A stretch of DNA of 32,000 bases from Fastidiosibacter lacustris (GCF_003428155.1 NZ_QLIR01000002.1:180001-212000); one strand, 5' to 3'; shown: positions 1 to 9,944, numbered from the stretch's first letter. Notes: a model not told the origin generated them from the letters alone. Numbers and translations: made by a program.

Positions 1-333
1 GTTGCATCTAAAAAACATTTATTTTTGTTGGGACTTTTTTGTAATTTATCCAATCCCAAGGTGATTATATTTTTTGTGAGTCTATTACCACTATTTGTTT
101 TAAAATCAACCGCACTTTGGTACCATCTAGCTATTATTTCAATTATGTTCTTAAGTACATTTATTTGGTTTGGTTTTGTGGCTTATGTGATGGGATCACA
201 ACATATTCGAGGGCTTTTTATAAAGCATATGGCAAAGCTTGAAATTGTATTTTCAATTATCCTGACAATTTTTGCGTTATTATTGATTTACTCATTTTTT
301 TCTACTTTATTTATTTTTAATTACGTTATTTGA
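1..333 (+). CDS. LysE/RhtB-family amino acid exporter, 3' part (5' end outside window)
   Basis: Frame is open from base 1 (VASKKHLFLLGLFCNLSNPKVIIFFVSLLPLFV...). The LxNPKxxxFFxSxxPxF motif and C-terminal TM helices are typical of LysE/RhtB. Stop at 331-333. Confidence 0.85.
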   Translation, partial: VASKKHLFLLGLFCNLSNPKVIIFFVSLLPLFVLKSTALWYHLAIISIMFLSTFIWFGFVAYVMGSQHIRGLFIKHMAKLEIVFSIILTIFALLLIYSFFSTLFIFNYVI

Positions 334-343
334 CGTAATTTTG

Positions 344-366
344 ACGTAAAAAAACTTTTACGTTTT
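344..366 (+). terminator. Candidate Rho-independent terminator after the LysE-like gene
   Basis: ACGTAAAA (344-351), AAAC loop, TTTTACGT (356-363), then TTT. 8-bp stem, AT-rich. Confidence 0.4.
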
Positions 367-728
367 GATTACAGTCATTTCAATCAAAGGTGTATAACTC
401 CTAACTTTAATTGAAAATATAAAAATGTCCTAGTGCGTTAGGTGTGCTGATGTTATACAAAAGATTTGAAGCAAGTTGATGCAATTATTGTCGATAGCAA
501 ATTTCACTATACTAAAAATTGGAATCAATTAATCTTTCATGCAAGATAAAAAGAATTTACGTTATTTTGACGGGTTTTGGTGCTAAGTAGACATGTGAAA
601 AGAGTTGAAATATTTTGGTTGCCCACGAGACCATAAACCAAAACAAATAAGAGATTTACTTGCACAGTTTGATAAAGTTCTTTATATTTTGGTCTCATTT
701 AGTCTTATAGCAATATAAACAGGAAAAT

Positions 729-1580
729 ATGAATCAACAGGATAATGACATTATTACTATCAGTGACTTGCTGGTGACATTAGCAAAATATTTTAAATTA
801 TGGTTAGCACTAACCATCATTGGTGTCATAATGAGTATTGCGTATGCAGTCTATCATAAAAATAATTACCAATATAGTGCAAATATTGTTGGACCAAGCT
901 ACATTCAGAATGGGAGTTTGCATGAGATCATTCCTCAAAATCAATTATCTCAGTTAGTAAATATTTATTATCAGCAATTTCGACAACTTGAACAAAAGCA
1001 AAATACGTTAGTAGATCATCTTAATTATGAAAAAGAAAAGTCGATGCTAACAACTAATGCTAAAGGAGAGAATATGTCGCAGGTAGTATCTTTATTTTAT
1101 AATTTTATTCAGTATGTGCAAAAGCAAGAACAGTATATTAATAGAATTCAAAATTGGCAAAACAGCGTACAATTTAACCTTGAGAAATTAGAAGAGCAAA
1201 ACAAAATTTATGAGCAAAACGTGAAACAATTTCAGCATAATATCGACAGTCTAACTACAGCCAATGACTTGGCAAGCTTAAATGGTCAGGCATTACTGAA
1301 TAATTTATCAAACATGATTACATCGTATCAACATCAAATGTTTACCAATAATATTCAGATTCAGAATTACCAATCGCAACTACAATCGCTAAACAAGAAT
1401 ATTACGATGTTGGGTGGAGTTTTAAAATCAATTAATCCGGTTGGGTTGACATCGGTTGTTATTATTATTTTGGGTATGATTTTAACGATTATTTTAGTAA
1501 CAATTGTTGTGTTTATTATTGAGTTTATTCGTAACACAACGTTCGAAGTCAGGCAAAAGCTTAAAACTTATGACAGATAA
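729..1580 (+). CDS. Wzz/chain-length-determinant-like membrane protein with long periplasmic coiled coil
   Basis: N-terminal TM (LWLALTIIGVIMSIAYAVYH), long Gln/Asn-rich coiled coil, C-terminal TM after a Pro-containing segment (INPVGLTSVVIIILGMILTIILVTIVVFII). This is the Wzz topology, but sequence divergence makes the family call tentative. Confidence 0.5.
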   Translation: MNQQDNDIITISDLLVTLAKYFKLWLALTIIGVIMSIAYAVYHKNNYQYSANIVGPSYIQNGSLHEIIPQNQLSQLVNIYYQQFRQLEQKQNTLVDHLNYEKEKSMLTTNAKGENMSQVVSLFYNFIQYVQKQEQYINRIQNWQNSVQFNLEKLEEQNKIYEQNVKQFQHNIDSLTTANDLASLNGQALLNNLSNMITSYQHQMFTNNIQIQNYQSQLQSLNKNITMLGGVLKSINPVGLTSVVIIILGMILTIILVTIVVFIIEFIRNTTFEVRQKLKTYDR

Positions 1581-1582
1581 TT

Positions 1583-4500
1583 TTAACTTAATGGCGCAAA
1601 CAAACTCATCAATTCGGTTTCACTTAGTTTAAATTCTGCTTGACCTTGTTTGTCATATAATCCACTAGCAAGTGTTGCTTTTTTCTCTTGTAGTTTTAAG
1701 ATTTTTTCTTCGACACTGTCTTTGGCAATGAGTTTATAAACATTGACAGGTTTATTTTGACCTATGCGATAAGCGCGATCAGTTGCTTGCGCTTCAATTG
1801 CAGGATTCCACCACGGATCATAGTGAATAACTGTATCGGCAGCAACTAAGTTAAGCCCAGTACCACCTGCTTTTAAGCTAATAAGAAAGATATTGATTGT
1901 AGGATTGTGACTGAATTTGTCGATGAGTTGTTGACGGTTTTTAGTTTGACCAGTGAGTTGAACATAGTTGATTTTATGATTGTTAAGAGACTCAGCAATG
2001 ATGTCAAGCATTTCAGCAAATTGAGAAAATACTAGGACTTTTCTATCTTCAGAGACAAGTAAATCAAGCATTTCAAGCAGATAATGTAATTTAGCAGATT
2101 CGTTGACCTTTTGCGCATTTTCAAGTTTAACAAGTTGTGGATGACAACAAGCCTGCCTTAACTTAAGAAGCGCATCAAGGATGTGGATATGGCTTTTTGC
2201 TAAACCTTGTGATTTCAAAATTTCACGTACTTTTTTCTCCATTCCCATGCGCACACTTTCGTAGAGTTGCTTTTGACCGGTTGGAAGTTCAATAAGTTCA
2301 ATAGACTCAGTCTTTTCAGGTAAATCCTTAGCAACAAGTGCCTTTGTACGCCTTAACATAAAGGGTGCAATGCGACTTCTTAATAGCTTTAAACGTTCCG
2401 TATCTTGGGCACCTTCAATTGGATTTTTAAAGTATTTACGAAACTGCGCATCATTACCTAGAAAACCCGGCATCAAGAAATTAAATTGTGACCACAATTC
2501 ACCTAGATGGTTTTCGATTGGCGTACCAGTTAGACAAAAGCGTTGTTTGGTAGCAAGGGAGAAAATTGTTTGTGCTTGTTTGCTTTTAGCGTTCTTAATT
2601 GTTTGTGCTTCATCTAGAATAATAGCGCTATAGCTATTTTGATTATGTATCTCTTCGTCTTTTAAAATTAATGGATAACTCGTGACGACAATATCGTATT
2701 GAAGTAATGTGTCATAGTTTTTAGCTCGATCGTTACCATGCAAAAGTAATATTTTTAAGTTGGGGGTGAATTTTTCTGCTTCACGCAACCAATTACCAAT
2801 GACCGAAGTTGGGGTAATAATTAAGGCAGTTGTGAAATCTTTATTATTTTCTTTTTGTAGTTGTAACCAAGCTAAAGTTTGTAAGGTCTTTCCTAGTCCC
2901 ATATCATCAGCAAGGAGCCCACCCATGCCATGAGTGGATAAAAATTGCATCCAACTAACTCCATGCTGTTGATAATCACGAAGCGTGGCCTTGACGTTTT
3001 TAGACACAGGGAGAGATGGTAGGTTTTGAATGTTTTTAAGTGAGTCAACGAAGGATTTAAGTGCTTTGGCTTTGCTGTAATTTATCGCACCACTCTTACC
3101 TAGCTGCTCTTCTAAGCTCATAAGTGAGCCAATCTGCCATTTTGGAAGTCTAAGTCTTGTGCCCCTATTATCGGATAATTCTAATAATGAATTAATTACA
3201 GGCTCAATGAGCTTATAATAGTCAAGTTTAAGTTTGTATTTGTTATCAAGTACGACCAATAAGTCGCTTTTGTTTTTGTCACCAGATCGCTGTAAATATT
3301 TGACAATAATCGGTTGTAAATCAATTGCTTGACCATTGTGATTTACACTTAAATGAACGTTAAACCAGTTGTTTTGTGGACCGTCTTCAATATCAATATG
3401 AATTTCATTTGGATGGATATAGTGACTATTAAAGTCATCGGCAAACGTTACCTGCCAGCCGAGAAGCTTTAGCTCTTCTAAATCATTTAAATAAAAATCT
3501 TGCCATTGATCTTCAGGTGTTTTAGGTGGCAATGATTCAAGCACATAACTAGCTATAGGTCGCGTGCGTTGACGTACAGATTGGGAATAAACAGGTTTTT
3601 GTTTTTTAAAGCCAAAGTTTGACAGGGTAAGTAATTTAATGTATTCAAACTCAATGTCTTTCTCAATAAGCTGACCTTTTAAATCTATCAAAGGACTGCT
3701 GCCATCATGTGGGGAAAAGAGTTGTCCTTCATAATTGAAACTGACATCACCAAAATAACCATAGTATGGCCATTCCATGCTAGCAGCACGATGAAACTCA
3801 ATCATTGCAATAGGTGTCACCTTGTGTGGTTTGATCTGTTGAATATTTTTTGGAAAAGTAATGTTTTTGGCAAGTGGAGAATATTCAATTAGATTACGAA
3901 CAAATAACATATCTTCTTTTGATATGTCATGTAGTTGAGATAACAACAATAATTGTGTTCCTGCAATATCACTTTTGAGCTGACCAATATTGTTGTAACT
4001 AATGTAAAAGGCAGGTGAAGTTGGGATGACCTTAATTTGGTCTTTACCATTTATTGTGATGTTAAAGCGAAATCGATTATTGATTTCTTGCCAATGAAAT
4101 TCAGGAACTAGCTCTTCAGCGCGTATTAATTCACTAGTAGGTGAAACTTCAGCTTTATATAGGCGCTTTGTATCGATAAGAAGAGATAAGAGTTTAGAAC
4201 CATTTTCACCCTCGAGTTTAAGGTTTTGTTTAGTTATATAATACCTATTATAATCCGCACTTTGGCGGATATGGCTTAAAATGATATGATCATCAGTAGT
4301 TGCACATTCTGGATATCGGGTATAGCCTAAAATGAGGTTGAGTAAATTAAGTTTTTGTGGTTTAGCAAGGCTATTATTTTTTAATATGCGTACGGTACTT
4401 GCATGTAGCTCATACCATGTTTGCCCTGATTGAGTGACTTCTTTAATCTGATAAGCAATAAACGTATCATGGATGTTTTGTTTTTCTTGAACTAGTTGAT

Positions 4501-4996
4501 GTGTTACTTTACGTAAACTTTCTGCAAACTCACGTTCGAATTGATTACGATTAAAATGCGCAACAGAAAAAGTATCTTTATTTTTTATGCTTATGTTATT
4601 AATAGGAAAAGTGGTGGTTGTATCAGTAGGGTCTACTGTTTGCGGAGACGTTTCGAGCTTTTTAAGTTCTTCAAATAATGTTTTATTGAACATAAAGATA
4701 ATGGCATAAGTATGCTTACAGAAATCGCCAAAAGGACAAGAGCACTCAGCATCCAGTACTTCTGTCAGTGTGTTTGTATTTTTATCAAACGCAAGTAGAA
4801 TAGATTGTGAGTAAATATTTGTTCCTGAGCCAAAGACTTCACCTTCTACAGCAATAGCATTGTTGATGCTATCAGAACGTCTGGGTTTGATTGAGCGAAT
4901 TGAGTGCTGGTTACAGTAAGTATGAGCTCGTGAAATCGTAGCCGATGTGAACTGTTTTGTAATAGTCTTCGGTAAAAGGCTTGACGAGTGTGTCAT
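1583..4996 (-). CDS. SNF2-family DEAD/DEAH helicase with N-terminal SWIM zinc finger
   Basis: SWIM motif CSCPFGDFCKH. SNF2 motifs GLLADDMGLGKTLQTLAWL, DEAQTIKN, GTPIEN, LKAGGTGLNL and QATDRAYRIGQ. Confidence 0.95.
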   Translation of the reverse strand: MTHSSSLLPKTITKQFTSATISRAHTYCNQHSIRSIKPRRSDSINNAIAVEGEVFGSGTNIYSQSILLAFDKNTNTLTEVLDAECSCPFGDFCKHTYAIIFMFNKTLFEELKKLETSPQTVDPTDTTTTFPINNISIKNKDTFSVAHFNRNQFEREFAESLRKVTHQLVQEKQNIHDTFIAYQIKEVTQSGQTWYELHASTVRILKNNSLAKPQKLNLLNLILGYTRYPECATTDDHIILSHIRQSADYNRYYITKQNLKLEGENGSKLLSLLIDTKRLYKAEVSPTSELIRAEELVPEFHWQEINNRFRFNITINGKDQIKVIPTSPAFYISYNNIGQLKSDIAGTQLLLLSQLHDISKEDMLFVRNLIEYSPLAKNITFPKNIQQIKPHKVTPIAMIEFHRAASMEWPYYGYFGDVSFNYEGQLFSPHDGSSPLIDLKGQLIEKDIEFEYIKLLTLSNFGFKKQKPVYSQSVRQRTRPIASYVLESLPPKTPEDQWQDFYLNDLEELKLLGWQVTFADDFNSHYIHPNEIHIDIEDGPQNNWFNVHLSVNHNGQAIDLQPIIVKYLQRSGDKNKSDLLVVLDNKYKLKLDYYKLIEPVINSLLELSDNRGTRLRLPKWQIGSLMSLEEQLGKSGAINYSKAKALKSFVDSLKNIQNLPSLPVSKNVKATLRDYQQHGVSWMQFLSTHGMGGLLADDMGLGKTLQTLAWLQLQKENNKDFTTALIITPTSVIGNWLREAEKFTPNLKILLLHGNDRAKNYDTLLQYDIVVTSYPLILKDEEIHNQNSYSAIILDEAQTIKNAKSKQAQTIFSLATKQRFCLTGTPIENHLGELWSQFNFLMPGFLGNDAQFRKYFKNPIEGAQDTERLKLLRSRIAPFMLRRTKALVAKDLPEKTESIELIELPTGQKQLYESVRMGMEKKVREILKSQGLAKSHIHILDALLKLRQACCHPQLVKLENAQKVNESAKLHYLLEMLDLLVSEDRKVLVFSQFAEMLDIIAESLNNHKINYVQLTGQTKNRQQLIDKFSHNPTINIFLISLKAGGTGLNLVAADTVIHYDPWWNPAIEAQATDRAYRIGQNKPVNVYKLIAKDSVEEKILKLQEKKATLASGLYDKQGQAEFKLSETELMSLFAPLS

Positions 4997-5093
4997 TTTC
5001 TAAAAATGCAATAAAAGTAAATCCGTCTAGTTTAGCATTTAATATGTGGAGTGGTTAAGTTAAATTTTCTATTGTTGGATAATAGTCTGGTAC

Positions 5094-5281
5094 CTACTGA
5101 GCATGTGCCATGACTTTCTCGATAGCTTTGTCTTTTAATTTGATACTGGTTAATCCTTTTATCATGGTTTGTTTAGCAACAGCTGTGCTGACAATTTTGA
5201 GGTAACGCTTGATGGTCGTTAAAAGTAAGATGCGTCTTGGAATTTTAGTAAATAGATATTTATGGATGAGATGGATTGCTT
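5094..5281 (-). other. Unannotated 61-codon open frame with no ATG/GTG/TTG near its 5' end; possible gene remnant
   Basis: Stop-bounded translation AIHLIHKYLFTKIPRRILLLTTIKRYLKIVSTAVAKQTMIKGLTSIKLKDKAIEKVMAHAQ* lies between smg and the helicase. Family unknown. Confidence 0.3.
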
Positions 5282-5304
5282 AAGGTCAATAAGGTGTAAA
5301 AAAA

Positions 5305-5790
5305 TTAATGGATAGTGAGAGAATTATTCAATAAATACTCTAAACCATAATCGTCATCAGTCATAAAATCACGATTTTGATTGGCTATAGTCATATCAAG
5401 TACCCATATAAACTGCTCGATTGTAATAGACTGGGTGCTAAGCATCATAATTTGATTGATCACAAACTCAAACTCATAGGCGTTGATATCACCACTAAGA
5501 TAGAGCTCATTTAGAATCATTAATCCATTATCAGGAATAATCACTTTTTCGACATTGCTAAAAACTCGTATGGTACCTTTTTGATAGTCAAATGGGTCAA
5601 CTTCATTCAGTTTGGCAAAGCCTTCAAGCCATAGCAGTGTGTTTTCAAGTGTAGACTCATCTAGACCTGCTTTTTTTAATTCACAAAAGAGTTCGTGTGA
5701 GTTGGTCATTTTAACAACATCCTCTTCTATTTGAGTCATGTTGTTAAATAAAGACATTAAAACTTGTAAAATGACAGGTTTACTACTCAT
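5305..5790 (-). CDS. smg: Smg family protein (DUF494)
   Basis: 161 aa acidic protein with ...LENTLLWLEGFAKL..., directly downstream of dprA as in many gammaproteobacteria. C-terminal LEYLLNNSLTIH fits Smg. Confidence 0.85.
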   Translation of the reverse strand: MSSKPVILQVLMSLFNNMTQIEEDVVKMTNSHELFCELKKAGLDESTLENTLLWLEGFAKLNEVDPFDYQKGTIRVFSNVEKVIIPDNGLMILNELYLSGDINAYEFEFVINQIMMLSTQSITIEQFIWVLDMTIANQNRDFMTDDDYGLEYLLNNSLTIH

Positions 5791-5800
5791 ATTGCCTTAA

Positions 5801-6880
5801 TTAAATTCGTTGATAACCTCCAGGAACAGCACAAATAAGTGCCTCCATCTCAAGTTCAAATAGTATGCCAGTAATTTCCGCATATGTTAAGTTAGTATTT
5901 TCTATTATTTTATCTATGGTTGTGCAAGCTGAACCGATTGCGTCAAATACTCTTTGCTGGCACTCATTAAGTAAAAGTGATTGTTGATAAAATGGTTGCT
6001 TAAGTGTGAATTGTTGTGGAAGATTAAGTTCGGTAGCGATATCTAAAGCATTCCAGACTAACTTAGCACCCATCTGGATAAGCTTATTACAGCCTTGGCT
6101 TTCTGTGTGAAAAATGTTACCAGGGATTGCAAAAACTTCGCGATTTTGCTCAAGAGCATGCATAGCCGTGATTAAAGAGCCACTTTTTTCAGCAGCTTCA
6201 ATTACAAGTACACCTAAACTTAGACCACTGATGACTCTATTTCTTTGTGGAAAGTGATAGCGCTTTGGTGCTTGACCAAGGAGAAACTCAGAGATAATTA
6301 AACCATTTTGTTGGATTTGTTGATATAGGTTACGATTTTGATTGGGGTAGCAAATATCAACACCTGTACCTAGAACAGCAATGGTTTTGCTTTGCAGGGC
6401 TAATGCCTTTTGATGGACTAGGGTATCAATACCTAATGCCATGCCACTGGTAATAGTGAGTTTAAGATCAATCAGTTTAGGTAAAAGTGCATCAACCACC
6501 TTTATTCCATAGTGACTCAATTTGCGCGTACCAACAACAGCAAGTTGTAGCGTTTGTAGTAGGTTAATATCACCTATACAGTACAATGCAAGTGGTGGGT
6601 CAGAAATTTGTTTTAGTTGCGGTGGATAAGCTTCATCATCAAAGCAAATTAACTGGTGGTTTGAACTTGATTTAAGCCATTGATCAATCTTTTTCAAGTA
6701 AGGCTGATAATTTGCATGAGTAATAAAATCAATTGTAGTTTCGCTAAGTCGAAGCATAGTTGCAAATTTATGTGGCTGGCTAATAAATAAGCCAAGATCA
6801 ATATTAGAAGCAATCAATTGTTGATAATGCTTAAATTGAAAGTTAGGTATGTAATGCAAAATAGCGATATTACTGTTCAT
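5801..6880 (-). CDS. dprA: DNA-processing protein DprA/Smf
   Basis: Rossmann-like core: LAVVGTRKLSHYGIK, ITSGMALGIDTLVHQKAL, AVLGTGVDICYPNQNRNLY, SEFLLGQAPKRYHFPQRNRVISGLSLGVLVIEAAEKSGSLITAMHALEQNREVFAIPG, plus C-terminal winged-helix-like region. Confidence 0.97.
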   Translation of the reverse strand: MNSNIAILHYIPNFQFKHYQQLIASNIDLGLFISQPHKFATMLRLSETTIDFITHANYQPYLKKIDQWLKSSSNHQLICFDDEAYPPQLKQISDPPLALYCIGDINLLQTLQLAVVGTRKLSHYGIKVVDALLPKLIDLKLTITSGMALGIDTLVHQKALALQSKTIAVLGTGVDICYPNQNRNLYQQIQQNGLIISEFLLGQAPKRYHFPQRNRVISGLSLGVLVIEAAEKSGSLITAMHALEQNREVFAIPGNIFHTESQGCNKLIQMGAKLVWNALDIATELNLPQQFTLKQPFYQQSLLLNECQQRVFDAIGSACTTIDKIIENTNLTYAEITGILFELEMEALICAVPGGYQRI

Positions 6881-7658
6881 GATTTTTAGACAAGCAGGTG
6901 GATACTAGGCTTTCACTGGTGATTTCTTGTTTGGCATCTGTTATTAGCGCAATTGCATTATGGCTTGCCAAGCGATAAACAAAACCCTTCCCAATGTATT
7001 GTCCAGGAATAGCATAACCTTTTACTTTCATTTGTGGTGATTGAAAATAAACACGCATACCCATTTTAAGTCCATTGGCTTCGCCAATATTAATGAGTAC
7101 AGATTGATAAGTGCCAGCAAAGTCTGCTTTAGTTTCCATGTGTGTAACAACACCTTCAATGTTTCTATCAGCAACGATTTCTTCTTCTGGGAGTTGATTA
7201 TTGATTAAATCAAATGCCACAACGTGATCACCTATGTTAATCTCTTGCGTGGAATTTACTACATGCATGATCAAGGTGTTTTGATAAGTATTATTAAGCT
7301 GTGCTTCGCCTAAACGCCTAAAGACATAATTAAATTTGTTTTTAGCGTAGGGAGTGGGGATGCTGTTTACGTAAGAAAAGATATAATATTTAGAGCTTTC
7401 TTTTGTTTTAGAAACAAAAATGGTATTCGCCGTTGAAATAAGCGATGCTTTATTAGAGGAAGCGATGATTTTACCAGCTTCTGTCAAAGGAATGTCCAAT
7501 AGGTAATAATTACTGAAAAAAATATCATATTGTTTTTCTAGAGTTTGCGCGTAAAGTTTGTGCCCAGACCACCCATTCAGTGTTAATAAAACAGTTAGAG
7601 ATGCCCAAAAAAAACGGCATGGGTTATGTATCTGTGCTATAAACGAATGTTTGTACAT
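6870..7658 (-). CDS. Secreted hypothetical protein; position suggests the LysM-type protein often found upstream of dprA
   Basis: Hydrophobic signal-like N-terminus (FFWASLTVLLTLNGWSGHKLYA). C-terminal region LINIGEANGLKMGMRVYF...GFVYRLASHNAIALITDAKQEI resembles the C-terminus of dprA-linked envelope proteins. Overlaps the dprA start by 11 nt. I did not confirm a LysM motif. Confidence 0.5.
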   Translation of the reverse strand: MYKHSFIAQIHNPCRFFWASLTVLLTLNGWSGHKLYAQTLEKQYDIFFSNYYLLDIPLTEAGKIIASSNKASLISTANTIFVSKTKESSKYYIFSYVNSIPTPYAKNKFNYVFRRLGEAQLNNTYQNTLIMHVVNSTQEINIGDHVVAFDLINNQLPEEEIVADRNIEGVVTHMETKADFAGTYQSVLINIGEANGLKMGMRVYFQSPQMKVKGYAIPGQYIGKGFVYRLASHNAIALITDAKQEITSESLVSTCLSKNHEQ

Positions 7659-7751
7659 TTTTTATAAATCTCGTAGAATATGCGTGTTAGTAACCTTAAA
7701 AACTCTAGCTGAATTGTTAGAGAAAAGCAAAAAAGACAACCTAGGATTTAC

Positions 7752-8195
7752 ATGAAAATAAAAGCAGATAGCTTTATAAAAATGCATTTTAAAATTCGAC
7801 TTAAAGATGGTTCGATTGCAGAAGATACCAACACTTATGATCGTCCCTATATTTTTCAAATGGGAAAAGGTGTTTTTTCCGAGCGTGTCGAAAAAGAGCT
7901 TTGCGGACTTCAAATAGGTGCTAATCGCAAAATGATGTTAATGCCAGAAGATGCCTTTGGTGATAAGAATCCGGCAATGATTTATGAGGTACCTAAAAAA
8001 AGATTTCCTTCTGATATGGAGCTTGAAGAAGGTCTTATTGTTGCATTTTCACAAAAAGATGGTACCGAATTACCAGGTGTCATTACTTTGATTCAAGAGA
8101 ATGATGTAACAGTTGATTTTAATCACCCACTTTCTGGGCAAGTGATTTTATTTGATGTTGATATTTTAGATGTTTCAGATAAGGATTTTGGATAA
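7752..8195 (+). CDS. fkpB: FKBP-type peptidyl-prolyl isomerase, FkpB/SlpA type
   Basis: MHFKIRLKDGSIAEDT...MGKGVFSERVEKELCGLQIGANRKMMLMPEDAFGDKNPAMIYEVPKKRFP...VDFNHPLSGQVILFDVDILDV. Adjacent to ispH, with stop/start overlap TAATG. Confidence 0.93.
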   Translation: MKIKADSFIKMHFKIRLKDGSIAEDTNTYDRPYIFQMGKGVFSERVEKELCGLQIGANRKMMLMPEDAFGDKNPAMIYEVPKKRFPSDMELEEGLIVAFSQKDGTELPGVITLIQENDVTVDFNHPLSGQVILFDVDILDVSDKDFG

Positions 8196-9160
8196 TGAAA
8201 ATCATTTTGGCGAATCCACGTGGTTTTTGTGCAGGAGTTTCTCGTGCAGTGGATGTTGTTGAGCGTGTGTTAGCGCTTGAACCTCATCCAATATATGTTC
8301 GTCATGAGGTTGTACATAATCGTGCAGTGGTTGAGAGTTTGAAGCAAAAGGGTGCTATTTTTGTCAAAGAGTTGGACGAAGTTCCAGATCATGCAGTTTG
8401 TATTTTCAGTGCGCATGGGGTATCTCAAAGAGTGAAAGAAGAAGCACAATGCAAATCTTTAAAAATTTATGATGCAACCTGTCCTTTGGTGACTAAGGTG
8501 CATAGAGAAGTACAAAAAGCAAGTAACACTGGAGTTGAATGTATATTGATCGGTCATAAAGGGCATCCTGAAGTGGAAGGAACTTTAGGTCAATATCAGA
8601 GTAGTTATGCACAAATTTATTTGGTTGAGAATCTTCAAAACGTGAAAGATTTGCAAGTTAAAAACCCAAATAAATTGGTATATGCTACCCAAACGACACT
8701 TTCGGTAGATGAAACGAAAGACATTATTCAGGCACTCAAAGAAAAGTATCCTAATGCAGGATCTCCCAAGAAAGAAGATATCTGTTATGCCACTCAAAAT
8801 AGGCAAAATGCAGTAAGAGAATTAGCAAAAAAAGTCGACATCTTATTAGTTGTGGGTTCCAAAAATAGCTCTAACTCAAACCGGTTACGTGAACTTGCAG
8901 AGAATCATGGAGTGAATGCTTACCTTATTGATAATAAAGATGATATTGATTTAATGTGGTTTGAGAATAAGGCAAGTTGTGGTATTACAGCAGGTGCTTC
9001 TGCTCCCGAATATTTAGTGCAGGAAGTGATAGAGTTTTTAAAAAATCATTTTGAACATGCGCAACTAGAGGACTTTGAAGGAGTGAAAGAAGAGGTTACC
9101 TTTCCATTGCCAAAACTATTAAAGCAGATGCAGTTTGTTGATAAAGTGATACAACCGTAG
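8195..9160 (+). CDS. ispH: 4-hydroxy-3-methylbut-2-enyl diphosphate reductase
   Basis: MKIILANPRGFCAGVSRAVDVVERVL, YVRHEVVHNRAVVESL, FSAHGVS, DATCPLVTKVHREV, CYATQNRQNAV, TAGASAPEYLVQEV. Confidence 0.99.
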   Translation: MKIILANPRGFCAGVSRAVDVVERVLALEPHPIYVRHEVVHNRAVVESLKQKGAIFVKELDEVPDHAVCIFSAHGVSQRVKEEAQCKSLKIYDATCPLVTKVHREVQKASNTGVECILIGHKGHPEVEGTLGQYQSSYAQIYLVENLQNVKDLQVKNPNKLVYATQTTLSVDETKDIIQALKEKYPNAGSPKKEDICYATQNRQNAVRELAKKVDILLVVGSKNSSNSNRLRELAENHGVNAYLIDNKDDIDLMWFENKASCGITAGASAPEYLVQEVIEFLKNHFEHAQLEDFEGVKEEVTFPLPKLLKQMQFVDKVIQP

Positions 9161-9182
9161 GAAACGTTCAGGAATTTACATA

Positions 9183-9944
9183 ATGAAAAATGAGCAATTA
9201 CCCAATATACAGCGCAGTAAAGGTATTTATATTTTGCCTAATTTATTTACTTCAGCAAGTTTATTTGCAGGATTTTATTCAATTATTGCCGCTTTTAATA
9301 GTCACTTTGTGTTGGCATCTGTTTGTATTTATTTAGCAGCGATGATGGATTCACTAGATGGACGTGTAGCAAGATTAACCAACACACAAAGTGCATTTGG
9401 TGCTGAATATGATTCATTGGCTGATATTGTTTCATTTGGCGTGGCACCTGCATTAATTATTTATTTCTGGGCGGTGAAACATTTAGGTCAATTTGGCTGG
9501 GCAGTGGCATTTATTTATTTGGCATGTGTTGGATTGCGTCTGGCACGTTTTAATACCCAATTAGATGATAATTCACCAGAGAGTAAGCGTTATTTTACTG
9601 GGTTACCATGTCCTGCATCTGCAGCAACAGTTGCCGGTTTTGTATGGTTTTGTAATAGCTTAGGGCATACAATTGCAGAAGGTTGGGTGACGTTTTTTGC
9701 AACGATTATTACACTTTATCTATCTGCAATGATGGTGAGTAACATTAAGTTTAGAAGCTTCAAAGATTATGATTTAAAAGGTAAGTTTCTATTTACCCAA
9801 GCCGTCTTTGTTGTGTTTATAATCGCAATTATCTTTATCGATCCATCGATTACTTTATTTGTGTTGTTCATGATGTACGCGCTTTCAGGAACATGTACAC
9901 GCTTATTTTTTAAAGGAAAAACTAAACATCAAGCTAATTCTTAA
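9183..9944 (+). CDS. pssA: CDP-diacylglycerol--serine O-phosphatidyltransferase
   Basis: CDP-alcohol phosphatidyltransferase motif DSLDGRVARLTNTQSAFGAEYDSLADIVSFGVAPA, multiple TM helices, RLARFN and LPCPASAA characteristic of PssA. Confidence 0.97.
   Translation: MKNEQLPNIQRSKGIYILPNLFTSASLFAGFYSIIAAFNSHFVLASVCIYLAAMMDSLDGRVARLTNTQSAFGAEYDSLADIVSFGVAPALIIYFWAVKHLGQFGWAVAFIYLACVGLRLARFNTQLDDNSPESKRYFTGLPCPASAATVAGFVWFCNSLGHTIAEGWVTFFATIITLYLSAMMVSNIKFRSFKDYDLKGKFLFTQAVFVVFIIAIIFIDPSITLFVLFMMYALSGTCTRLFFKGKTKHQANS

Noticed and set aside
601-710. GAGACCATAAACCAAAA ... TTTTGGTCTC as an IS or terminator inverted repeat
   Set aside because: Arms match only partially and the spacing is too large for a convincing hairpin. 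No transposase motif was recognised nearby.
2370-3892. Plus-strand ORFs 2370-2633 and 3707-3892
   Set aside because: Both lie antisense inside the well-supported SNF2 helicase and have no recognisable motifs.
7558-7913. ORFs 7558-7755 (+) and 7662-7913 (-)
   Set aside because: They overlap the secreted hypothetical and fkpB, have low-quality translations and no motifs.
8585-8806. Minus ORF 8585-8806
   Set aside because: Antisense within ispH.
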